Under the pieces are notes generated by a model. That model was not told the DNA's origin. It did not search any database and saw only the letters and a program-made list of their open reading frames with translations. The translations under genes and the position numbers were made by a program. DNA of 64,000 nucleotides from assembly GCA_000004985.1 (NCBI GenBank), contig GG738869.1; one strand, 5' to 3'. Below, in pieces: positions 32,795 to 42,900 of the stretch (position 1 is its first letter; each line of letters begins with the position of its first letter). This stretch comes from Naegleria gruberi (lineage: Eukaryota).

Positions 32795-33709
32795 ATGAGA
32801 AAACTCTTGAACGCACAAACAATCAAATCGGGCAGCAAATTGTTGAGAAATAATTCATCATCATCATCAGCCTGTTTATATCATGAAAGTAAACAAGTTT
32901 TAAATAACAGCAGCGCTGCTGAACAAAATTCAACAACACATTTTGGATTTAAAACTGTGCTTGAATCGGAAAAGGAAAAATTAGTTGGAGGTGTTTTCCA
33001 CAATGTTGCTAGTCGTTATGATATTATGAATGATTTAATGAGCGGATCATTGCATCGTGTTTGGAAGGATCAACTTATTGAATATCATTATAAACCACAA
33101 GCTGGTGGAACTTATTTAGATGTTGCTGGTGGTACAGGTGATGTTGGTTTTAGAATTGTAGAAGCTTTGAGAAGAAATTCTCCTCCTGGAGTTAAGAGTA
33201 AAGTTATCATTAGTGATATCAATCCATCAATGTTGCAAGTCGGAAAGGATAATGCTGCTAGATTGAAATTGTCTGAATCTTCTCCTAATGTTGAGATTGA
33301 TTGGTTGGAAGCTAATGCTGAAGATTTTACTTCAAAGATTGAAAGTAATTCTGTGGACGGATATACCATTTGTTTTGGTATTAGAAATTGTACTCATATT
33401 GATAGAGTTTTGAAGGAAGCTTATCGTGTATTGAAGCCAGGTGGCTGTTTCTGTTGTTTGGAATTTAGTGAAGTTAATGATGTCATTGTTAAACAAATTT
33501 ATGATTGGTACAGTTTTAATGTCATTCCAAAGATGGGTGAATTGGTTGCAAATGATGCTGATTCATACCAATATCTTGTTGAAAGTATTAGAAAATTCCC
33601 TAATCAAACTAAATTTAAGGGAATGATTGAAGAAGCTGGCTTTAAGAATGCCAGATATACCAACTTGACATTTGGTGTTGTTGCTATTCACTCTGGTATT
33701 AAGCTCTAA
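32795..33709 (+). CDS. COQ5: 2-methoxy-6-polyprenyl-1,4-benzoquinol methylase COQ5 (UbiE family), mitochondrial.
   Basis: HFGFKTVLESEKEKLVGGVFHNVASRYDIMNDLMSGSLHRVWKD; SAM motif LDVAGGTGDVGFRI; ICFGIRNCTHIDRVLKEAYRVLKPGG; YQYLVESIRKFP; GVVAIHSGIKL. Nearly collinear with human COQ5. The N-terminus is presequence-like (MRKLLNAQTIKSGSKLLRNNSSSSS). Confidence 0.88.
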   Translation: MRKLLNAQTIKSGSKLLRNNSSSSSACLYHESKQVLNNSSAAEQNSTTHFGFKTVLESEKEKLVGGVFHNVASRYDIMNDLMSGSLHRVWKDQLIEYHYKPQAGGTYLDVAGGTGDVGFRIVEALRRNSPPGVKSKVIISDINPSMLQVGKDNAARLKLSESSPNVEIDWLEANAEDFTSKIESNSVDGYTICFGIRNCTHIDRVLKEAYRVLKPGGCFCCLEFSEVNDVIVKQIYDWYSFNVIPKMGELVANDADSYQYLVESIRKFPNQTKFKGMIEEAGFKNARYTNLTFGVVAIHSGIKL

Positions 33710-33800
33710 ATAAAAGGGTAAAAATATGAGGTTGTTCTGAATTTTAATTTTCCACACTATTGTCCTGATATATTCATGGAAGGTCACTTTCCAATTATTG

Positions 33801-36305
33801 TTAATTCCCAGTTCTGCCAAGTGAGGCTGTTTTAGTTTGAGTTTTATCACTTGATAAACTGAGTGATGTTGCTGTATAGAAAAAGGAAGTTCTAATCAAT
33901 CTACCCAGTAAACTCTTTCTTCCATTGATCAAGGCAAAAACAATTGAGACACTTAATAGGGTGACACCTAAGGCAAGTGGAATACTTGTCATTAAACCTG
34001 CTGTTACAATGGTCATCTCTGCGTAGGTGATGATGGCCATATTGACAAGGAATACAATGACACTGAATAGGAAAAACAATGTAAATACGCCATCTATCAC
34101 TACCCACTTGTCTTTCTGATTCGATTTCTGAATGTGATTCTTCAATTCAAAACTCAATCCAAAAATGTTGATTGTGCAAATCATTAATAACAATAAAAAA
34201 CCAACACTCATAAATCTGAATAGCAAATCCATTGCAACTATACTAATAGAGATGGAAAAAACAGATGTATGTAAGAAGTAGACAAAGGCCATTGAGTAAA
34301 TGTGCTTTCTGTGTGAAACGAAAATATAATGAATCATTACTCTATTGGAAAGTAAAAAGTATGTCAGCGAAGCAAATGGTGAAAAGATAAGTAAGGGTGA
34401 AAAGATAAAGAATCCATTAGAAAGGAGAACTCTTGCCTCATAAACGCTTGCAAATTCATACTTTCCAAAAGCATAGTAATTTCTTGCGAGTGGTAAAACC
34501 ATTCGAAAGCAATATAAAATCAGTGTTAGTGAGGTGCCAATTATTGTAAACAGAACACCGCCATGTATCAGTATCCTTCTCAATATTTCTCCAATATAGG
34601 TATGCTTTTTAATTCTCAAGAAAAATTCCAAATTCCTCGAATGTTTAAAGTACTTGTCTCTAATTCCAAATTCCTCTCGTACTGTTTTCAAATCCTTAAA
34701 AAGTTGAAAAATTACACTCAGTGGTATGTTAGTGAGTAGTGCACAAGCAATCAAAAGAGGTGCAAAGCAAATTAACCAAAAATAATCATATTCAGGTAGC
34801 TCCAATGATTCATAACCTAATGCATGTAGATTATTATCAATGAATGCAAATTTTAAGAAAATTAGTAGAGTAGATATTAGTATTAATAGGTAGGATAATG
34901 GAAAATATAGTGATCTAGTCAATTGATACATTCTATCCATTGACACTCTTCGATCTTCCAGAAACTCATTAAATGATAAATATTGATTCCTCACTTTTGT
35001 ATAAATATTGAACCAGTTGAACCCCTTCTTCTTTTTTTGTGATACAATTGAAATAGTTGATGGAACTCTGCTGATCAAACTCTTGTTCATATTCTCAGAT
35101 TCCACAATATTAACCGATGAGGATGCAGCAGTACTGTTCATTTCCTTCTCTTTTGAAAATTCATCAAATTCCAACTGTTCCTCATCACTAATAAACTCGT
35201 ATGCTATAGCTCTCAAAAATAGGAAATCCACACTATCCTTCCTCACTCCCAATTTATCCCAAACCTGAGATGGAGGTTTAATAGGGTAAGGCAACTTGGA
35301 TATATAACTTTCCTCAGCAGCTCTAAAATTCAAAAATGTCTGATTTACAAAATCCTTAAATCCCAACACGTATGATTTATACTTTTTCAGTAAAATTCCA
35401 TTCAAAACAAATGAGAGTAAATTCTTTTTCACTCTCAACTCCTTCTGTTCATCAGTGAGGAGTAAATAATCTGCCATCTGTTCAGCACTATTTCCATTAG
35501 CAGCAGTAGTAGTAGCATCAGTTGAATTATTTTCTGATTCATTTGTTGCATCAATGTTAACCATGGTAGAACTCGAGCCAACACTAGGTGCTCCAGTGGT
35601 GGCAACAGTAGTAGTAGTACCAGCAACAGTGGCAGCACTCGTAGTAGTAGTGGTCGATTGATTCTTTTCATTTTCTTTTGCTTTTAAAACTTCCAATTCT
35701 TCACTTTCCTCCAAAATTTCATAAAGTATTGAAATAGGTCCAAACATGAGCTCTTCCTCAATGATTTCCTTCCACCTCCTACAAACCAATCGAACAGAGA
35801 AGAACAATGTCTCATAATCAACATATAAGAAAATGTTTGAGCATACTTCAGGTGGTAGATAGGACTTGGCTGGTGTGTTGGAATTTAAATTCAATTTCTG
35901 TTGAATCCAATTAATGATAGAGATGGGCGAAAAGTGGTTGATATTATTGCTAGGGATCGGAATAACAACTGAGTGATGATCAGCATCAGTGTAGTGTTGT
36001 TGATACTGTTGCTGGTAATGCTCTTGTTGTACTCTCATGTTGGATGAGTATGTAACAACAGCAGTTCCATCCTCTTCATCCTCATCCTCTATTATTGTCG
36101 TTGTTGTCGTTGTATTATTATTAATATTATTATTTATATTGTGATGATAGTGAATTGATTCTTCTTCTTCCGCAAGTGATGATGGAGGTAGGGTTGTTAT
36201 AGCAATTCCAATTTCTTCCAATTGAATTGTTTCCTCCTGTTGTGACAATGCAGATGATTGTTGCTGCGAATTTTCCTCTTCCTCTATGGTCAATTCTTCA
36301 ATCAT
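33801..36305 (-). CDS. F-box protein with a C-terminal polytopic membrane domain and poly-N / acidic low-complexity regions.
   Basis: F-box: LPPEVCSNIFLYVDYETLFFSVRLVCRRWKEIIEEE. The C-terminal ~400 aa hold 8-10 hydrophobic helices. Poly-N runs (NNINNNINNN) and T/A-rich stretches are present. The start is taken as the Met at 36305 (MIEELTIEEEE). The ORF caller's upstream extension would overlap the previous gene. Confidence 0.5.
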   Translation of the reverse strand: MIEELTIEEEENSQQQSSALSQQEETIQLEEIGIAITTLPPSSLAEEEESIHYHHNINNNINNNTTTTTTIIEDEDEEDGTAVVTYSSNMRVQQEHYQQQYQQHYTDADHHSVVIPIPSNNINHFSPISIINWIQQKLNLNSNTPAKSYLPPEVCSNIFLYVDYETLFFSVRLVCRRWKEIIEEELMFGPISILYEILEESEELEVLKAKENEKNQSTTTTTSAATVAGTTTTVATTGAPSVGSSSTMVNIDATNESENNSTDATTTAANGNSAEQMADYLLLTDEQKELRVKKNLLSFVLNGILLKKYKSYVLGFKDFVNQTFLNFRAAEESYISKLPYPIKPPSQVWDKLGVRKDSVDFLFLRAIAYEFISDEEQLEFDEFSKEKEMNSTAASSSVNIVESENMNKSLISRVPSTISIVSQKKKKGFNWFNIYTKVRNQYLSFNEFLEDRRVSMDRMYQLTRSLYFPLSYLLILISTLLIFLKFAFIDNNLHALGYESLELPEYDYFWLICFAPLLIACALLTNIPLSVIFQLFKDLKTVREEFGIRDKYFKHSRNLEFFLRIKKHTYIGEILRRILIHGGVLFTIIGTSLTLILYCFRMVLPLARNYYAFGKYEFASVYEARVLLSNGFFIFSPLLIFSPFASLTYFLLSNRVMIHYIFVSHRKHIYSMAFVYFLHTSVFSISISIVAMDLLFRFMSVGFLLLLMICTINIFGLSFELKNHIQKSNQKDKWVVIDGVFTLFFLFSVIVFLVNMAIITYAEMTIVTAGLMTSIPLALGVTLLSVSIVFALINGRKSLLGRLIRTSFFYTATSLSLSSDKTQTKTASLGRTGN

Positions 36306-36360
36306 TTTTTCATTAATAGTTGAAATTAGGAAACGAATGTCAAATGAATGTACAATTGAT

Positions 36361-37860
36361 TTATTTCTTCTGTTGTTGTTGTTGAGGAGGTTGTTGTTGT
36401 TGTTGAGGTTGTTGTTGACCTGGTTGGAGGAGTTGGAAATAAGGAGGACCAGCAAATTGGGTTGGATTACCTGTAAATCTTACATTTGGATAACCTGATG
36501 GTGTTGGATTACCTCTTGTCATGTTGGCAACATTCATTTGAGGTCTGAAAACCATTGGAGAAATTGGGAAGGAGCCAGGAGTTGCTCCAGCTCTTAACAT
36601 TTGTTGTTGCATGTTAAATAATTGATTTTGTAAATTAGCATTAGGTGATGCTTGTGGTCTACCATTACTTCCAGGAGTAGGACTTGCAGTTGTTCCCATA
36701 TTGTTTACAGACATGGCTGGAGGACGAGATTGAATATTCTTTGGTGTAGTGGTTGCAGATTGAGGTGTTTGCCTAGCACGAGCAGCAGCTGCTGTTGGAG
36801 TTTGAGGTGTTATTGGAGGTGTAATACCTTGAGGAGGAATGAATGAGGGATTGGCTGTTGTCGAAGGTGATGGTGTTTTAACTGTTGGAGATGGAGCTGT
36901 AACACTTGGTGATTTTTTGACAGGTTGTCTACTTGTGACTGGCGTGGTCTTCTTTTGGGTAGCTCTTTTGGATTCTTGACCAGGTGTTTCAACTTCTTTT
37001 TTAACTGGAATAGATGGATTATGAACTGTTGAGATTTTGATCTTTCCTGATGGAGGAGGTTGAGGCATTTGTGTTGGTGGATTATTGTTATTGGCAGTAA
37101 GAACAGGTAAATTAACTTTGAATGGTTCTTCCTTTCGTTCAGGTTTCTTTGAAACGTGCATAATGGCAAAACTCTTCTTTTCAGCGTCTTTGAGATGAGC
37201 AATATCTGTTTTGTCATCATTTTGAAGTCTAGTTCCCCTTTGCATTGAAAATAACAGAGTATTATTCCTCATTTTTGCTTGCTTTCTTATAGATACATCA
37301 AATCTTTGTTGGTCAGCAGTCAATAACTCCTTACATTCTCCAAGTTTTGAATAAGGACGTTGTTGAGTATTTGCCTTCTTATTACCAGCGCTACCATTCG
37401 GCAATGGAGTATTACTTTGTGTAAATTTCCAATTCTCTTTAATAAATGCAGAACATGATGAAATGATATCATCATGATTAGATCGTTTTTCTATTTGTTC
37501 GGAAGGATTTAATAATGAATATGCAAGTTGATTATTACTAGTTATTTGAGGGAGTTCTTTTGTCTCCTTTGTTTTTTGAAGATCATTTGTATACACACTC
37601 AAAATATTTGTTATTCTAACAAGATTATCTACATTTTCATCCTTCGGATATAATAAAGCCATCCTAAAATTTGAATCATCCTTCTTGATCAATGACTGTA
37701 TAGTCTCCAAATTCTTATTTAAAACACAATACTTGTTCAGTAATGTTTCCCAAGAACATAATTTAATGTCAAACTCGCAAATTTTATCCAATGTATCCTT
37801 TGCAGCTCTTTCTATTTGTTCGTAGGTTCTTTGCGATTCATGGAAAGCTGTTGGAGGCAT
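36361..37860 (-). CDS. Hypothetical protein with an N-terminal helical domain and a long Pro/Thr/Ser/Gln-rich tail ending in poly-Q.
   Basis: 499-aa ORF. The N-terminal ~150 aa have normal complexity (MPPTAFHESQRTYEQIERAAKDTLDKICEFD...). The remainder is PTPS-rich with a terminal QQQQQPPQQQQQKK encoded by (CAA/TTG)n. A Mediator-Med8-like architecture is conceivable but not supported by specific motifs. Confidence 0.45.
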   Translation of the reverse strand: MPPTAFHESQRTYEQIERAAKDTLDKICEFDIKLCSWETLLNKYCVLNKNLETIQSLIKKDDSNFRMALLYPKDENVDNLVRITNILSVYTNDLQKTKETKELPQITSNNQLAYSLLNPSEQIEKRSNHDDIISSCSAFIKENWKFTQSNTPLPNGSAGNKKANTQQRPYSKLGECKELLTADQQRFDVSIRKQAKMRNNTLLFSMQRGTRLQNDDKTDIAHLKDAEKKSFAIMHVSKKPERKEEPFKVNLPVLTANNNNPPTQMPQPPPSGKIKISTVHNPSIPVKKEVETPGQESKRATQKKTTPVTSRQPVKKSPSVTAPSPTVKTPSPSTTANPSFIPPQGITPPITPQTPTAAAARARQTPQSATTTPKNIQSRPPAMSVNNMGTTASPTPGSNGRPQASPNANLQNQLFNMQQQMLRAGATPGSFPISPMVFRPQMNVANMTRGNPTPSGYPNVRFTGNPTQFAGPPYFQLLQPGQQQPQQQQQPPQQQQQKK

Positions 37861-39116
37861 TTTTTTTGTCTTTAGTTTGTATTAATAGCCAAGCTAACAT
37901 ACGATTCAGAAAAGCAAACATTAGGAATACCAGAAGCAATTCATAACAAAAAATATTTGCATGTTGAGCTGTGAATTGAGATTTTGTATCAAATTCAATG
38001 TTGGTGAGCCAAGGACTCATAAGAAAACTATGATTAATATGATATGCGAAGACAATGGTGTTTATTCTGTCATCCACTGTACGGAATACAGAGATGTGGT
38101 TTTTGTTGAGGTTGAAAACGTCTCTGGAAAATCAAAAGAATATCCAGATGAGAAGGCTAAAGAAACCATTCGACAAATTCTTCAGCTCACTTTTGTGGAA
38201 GAAGTTTAGTGCTTGACATTGGAAGCTAGAAATCAAAACTTGCCCATGGGACCTTCCCTGATGTCTCATTCACTTGAGATTGAAAAGGAGGATGAATTTG
38301 AAAATCTATGGAAGCAAGCTAATGATAAATTTAAACCAAAGGCCATCAAGAAGAAACCTTCCTCTGTTGTTTCTAATGCAAGCAATAGAAAACAAAACAA
38401 GTAAACCTCATCTGAAACTGTACTAATAGTGGTGTAAGTTTGAAAAAACAATGCCCAGGTAAGTGGTCGCCACGAGAGAATTATTGACCATTCATCAAGA
38501 AGGACCTGAAATTAATGATCTTCCTAATCACCTTCTAATTAAGGGAACTTTAATAGATAATATAAATTTTTATTTTCTCCAAAACGGAGATGAAACAGAG
38601 GCAACTGAAAAGGCAATAGCAAAAATCTCAAATTTAGGGTTAGAGTCTTATGTAGCAACATATCTGGTGAGTTGGATTTATGAACATCTGCTAGTTCGTT
38701 GTTAATAACAACATGCAAAACTCAATTTCCCTTACATCTAGCTGTTGAGTAAATATTACTTCAAAATTGATAGAAAATGACAATCACACCTTCTCAAACA
38801 GGGGACTTGCCAATTTTTCATGATAATAATACTAAAGGGTCAAGTGAACGTGTACACATTATGCAAGATTTTCATCACCATAACAGATAATAAACATGAT
38901 ATCAAAAGTTTATTAAATTCTTTTTAAACAAAATTTTCAAATCTCTAAGAATGTCCACTAAAATAATAGCCTAATAATTATGAACCTAATAATTATGGAA
39001 TAAATTCATTTCACCTCTTTTCGTCATAAATTCCAATATCCAATAATAATAAATAATAATCAAATTATTAATGATATTTTCTAAAATCAATAATTTGTGA
39101 TCGGAAAAGAAGATGA

Positions 39117-39917
39117 TTATTGTTGTTCTCTGTATCTTCTTTCTTGTTCCTTTTCTTGTTGAATCTTCTTTTCCAAAGCCTTTTGTCTTCTCCTAAGTTG
39201 GTCTGGTGTAATTGGACCATAGAAATTGAAGTTTCCTTCATCAATAGATTGACCTTGTTCTGGGTGTTGTTTAATGACTTGTCCTAACAAGTAGTACTTA
39301 TCAAAACATCTAATTAAATCTGATTGAATATTGGTACAATGTTTTTCAAAGGATTGTTTAGTTTGAACATCTTGTCCTTTGAAGATATACTTCCAAAGAG
39401 AGTCATTTTCCATTCTTTCGTTTTCATTGAAACATTCACTAGAAAGTTTGTGTAATTCGGAACAAGCAACTTTTGAAATACAGGCAAATGTCTTTTCCTT
39501 GATTTGAACACATTCATTTCTTTCAGGGAATGCATCACATAATAATTCTTTAGCTTTTGCAAAGTTATCTTTGCATTGATTGATAGAATTTTGTACTTTA
39601 ACAGTGTTATGATAGTCAAAGAAAATATTTTCTTGTAATTCCTCATTTCCGATTTGTTTAACTTGATTAATTTCCGTTTCACATTTTGAATAATCTTCAT
39701 CATTATTAATTAAACAATTATTTAAATTATTTCTAACTTCCGCATGCATATCCTTGTTTAAAAAAGGACGATATAAACAAGTATGGAATTTAAGATAAAG
39801 TGGATGATTGAGTGGTAATTCTTGATCCTTCCTATGTTGTTTATGAATTTCTCTTCTCAAATCTCTATAGATGTCTGCGCATCTGTTTCCGTATGCATTA
39901 TTAACAAAATCGGTCAT
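39117..39917 (-). CDS. Hypothetical Cys-rich protein (12 Cys) with a C-terminal coiled-coil / basic tail.
   Basis: 266-aa ORF. It starts 37 bp from the stop of the giant subtilase gene. No family assignment. Confidence 0.4.
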   Translation of the reverse strand: MTDFVNNAYGNRCADIYRDLRREIHKQHRKDQELPLNHPLYLKFHTCLYRPFLNKDMHAEVRNNLNNCLINNDEDYSKCETEINQVKQIGNEELQENIFFDYHNTVKVQNSINQCKDNFAKAKELLCDAFPERNECVQIKEKTFACISKVACSELHKLSSECFNENERMENDSLWKYIFKGQDVQTKQSFEKHCTNIQSDLIRCFDKYYLLGQVIKQHPEQGQSIDEGNFNFYGPITPDQLRRRQKALEKKIQQEKEQERRYREQQ

Positions 39918-39954
39918 TTTTTTTAAATTAAATTAAAATTATTTATTTTCACAA

Positions 39955-42900
39955 TTAATATCTAGGAGAGGTAAAATTAGCTGGTCTTGGTGAGTTGTTA
40001 TTACTGTAAGAAAGAGAATAATTGGATGGAGGGCGAAGAATGTTTTGGAATTTTGTAACTTCAATAGTTTGCAATTCCATTTGTTTCTTGGCATCCTTTC
40101 TTCTCTTCTTTCTACTAAGCAATCTTGATAGAATACAGAACAGTAAAGTTATAGAGATGATTGAAATTAAAATGACTGCTCCAATAATTGAACCTGCAAT
40201 AATGATATAGGTAATACTATAATCAATATTAGATGCCATTGGTACGCTTGTTGTTGGGTTAACACTTGTTGCAGGTGTTGGTGTTGTATCTTGACTACTA
40301 ACCACCAAATAAATACCAGTACTTTTAACAGAAATTACTATGGTATTTGAGTTTGATGAATTAATTGTGCAATTTGACGCCTTTGAGAATATACCTGAAG
40401 ATGTCTCTACTCTACATTCAAGAACTGTTCCTGTCTTAGCTGATCTAGCTCCGGATACTCTCTCCAAAGATAATTGAGCAATATTAGAACTTGAAATAAT
40501 GTTTTTTGATGTACTATCAACTAGAATCTTGAAATCTAATGCCTTAGTAGCAAGTAAGAGTGAGGTATTAGACATCTTGTATGAATTCATTGACAATGTA
40601 ACACTTTCAACTCCTTGTAATTCACTAAGTGAGCTGAATGTTGAACTGAGAGTAAATGGTTGAGCACTTGATTGTGTAACATTTTCTGATAATCCATTAA
40701 GTGTAATTGTACTGACCAGTCTGGCATATCTGTATGAATTAACACCTGTAACTCTAACAGCAGGCATATCAGCAACCAATGTCTTTAGTTTAATGTCTAC
40801 AAGATTGTTGTAAATTGTTTGAATAGTCTTCAAGTCAGAGGAAGAGAAAGAATTTAAAGATCTTGTAGAGACCTTGGCAGAAATATATGTCTTGAAAGTA
40901 TCTACAGATTTAATACTTGAATCAATATCACTGGACTTCATGATAATACTGTCCTTTTCATTAACTTTTGCCATTGATTCTGAGAACTTATTAATACCAT
41001 ACGAAACAGCAGTATCTTCCAAGTAGCTTAGTGAGTTACTAATTGAAGATACAACAGATATTGTTGAAGAAATAGAGGCTGGAGTGACTGATGTAAATGT
41101 TTCCTCTGATTCAATTTGAGTAAAGAATTTTTGAATAAAGGTGGTACCAGATTGTGTCAAAGCTTGCTTTTGTGATTCTGTTTGAGTTGTGGTAGTTTGA
41201 ATCAAAGATAACACTGATGAAACAGTTGAAACTGAAACTGTTCCTTGTTGAATTATTTTGAGAGACTCAATAGTGGAAGCCACATCTTGAGGTTTTGTAA
41301 CAGTTACCTCTGAAATGGATTCTGATGTTGCACCATAGTAATCAGAAACTAATGCCTTTACTTGCCAAATGCCAACAGGCATGTAGGTGGAAATGCTATT
41401 CTTTTCTGAAAGAGCAGATAAAACCATCCAGTCATCACTGCTACCCTTCTTCCTATACATAAACTTATAGCCTAGAGGTAAGTGTACATCAGTCCATCCA
41501 CTTGCACAATTAAGTTCAAAAAGATCTACCAATGTTACACCTGTTGAAGGAAGGATTGCAAAGGTTCCAGCAGTTGGAGGAGAATTTGTTGTAAATGTAA
41601 GAGAAGTTGATCCAGACTTGGAGCCATCTGTTATCTTCAAATTGACAGTGTAAGTTTTTCCTGCAGAAAGTAATGATTTGGAAATGACAAGGTACTTGTT
41701 GGAGGTGGATGGTAACACAAGATTTGAACTTGACCATTGATAAGTTCTGGAAGATGAAAGGGTATCCTTTGAAGAGGCTTCTAAGGTGAGATCACTAGTT
41801 GGATCAATGACAGAAGTAGAGACATCACTTGGAGTTACAATGACAACACGTAAAACAGTTGATTTGGCCACATTAAGTACCTTAACTTTTAGTGAAGCAG
41901 CCATAGTTCTTGTTCCCTTGCTGAATTTAGCAGTAAAGTAATAATTACCAGGTTGCATAGCACGATTAAATGTAATACTGGAAGCAAATTTGTAACTTGC
42001 AGAACTGAAACCATCACACGATCCAGAGGTGTCCACTTCATAACAAGTGAGAGCCAAAGAACCTGTAGTTCCAGTTGAATCACTTGGATCTTGTAAATAA
42101 ACAATAAAGTTAACATCATCTTCATATGATTGAGACATATCCCCAATATTGAAAGAGACCTTAAGAGGTGTTGCCTTAGCAGTCACTTTGAATGAAATAG
42201 ATACACCAGCAGCATAAAGAGTAAAATAATAGTCTCCTTCTTTTGTAAGTTTAGTGAAACTATCACTGAATACCAAAAATTGTCCATCTTGCTTAATTAC
42301 AACGTTATCAGCTGAAGTTGTAGTATTCAACTTATAGACATAGGTCACAGTTTGGGATGCATCGTAGCAAACAGGGAATGTAATATCTGGTGTGATAATA
42401 GCTGTACTTCCAATCATGAAACTAGTTTCAACACCTTCTTTAATTGTAAGTTGAGGTAAAGCCCTTTCCGTTACAGTTAAGGAAACAATAGCTGTTGAAT
42501 AGTTTCCAGAGAATGAGCTTGTTACCTTCACTTGTGCTTTGTAAGTACCCACAATTAATGTATCAGGTGAGAATGTAACACTAGATGTTATTGATTTGTT
42601 GATGAGATTATTTAAAGTTGAGCGTGAACTTTCGCTTGGGGCAGAAATTGCATACCAAGAATAAGTTAACTTTCTACCATCTGATGAAGTAGATGCAGAT
42701 GCATTAAATGTTACAGTTCCACATCCTATTCCAATAGAGCTCTTATCAGATTTTACACTAGCAACAGGTGGAACAATTATATAATCTTTTTGGGTAACAT
42801 TGACACTAACAATGCTTGCTGATCCTGGATATGTGCGAAGCAAGATTGTGTCTCCAATTACTATTGTTGGAGAAGATCCCAAGTTAATTTGAAGAGTACT

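Noticed and set aside
26588-33709. Idea that the nuclear-encoded mitochondrial genes (NDUFS6, the presequence-bearing gene at 27447, the small protein at 28346, COQ5) form a functional cluster.
   Set aside because: Unrelated genes (an NHL propeller, a G-alpha-like protein) are interspersed between them. Several mitochondrial proteins among about 30 genes is within chance expectation. There is no evidence of co-regulation.
36361-36455. Apparent 95-bp overlap between the CDS of the F-box/TM gene and the 3' end of the upstream P/Q-rich gene.
   Set aside because: The overlap is most likely an artefact of the ORF caller using the most upstream alternative start. The first ATG (36305, MIEELTIEEEE) follows an A-rich context and removes the overlap.
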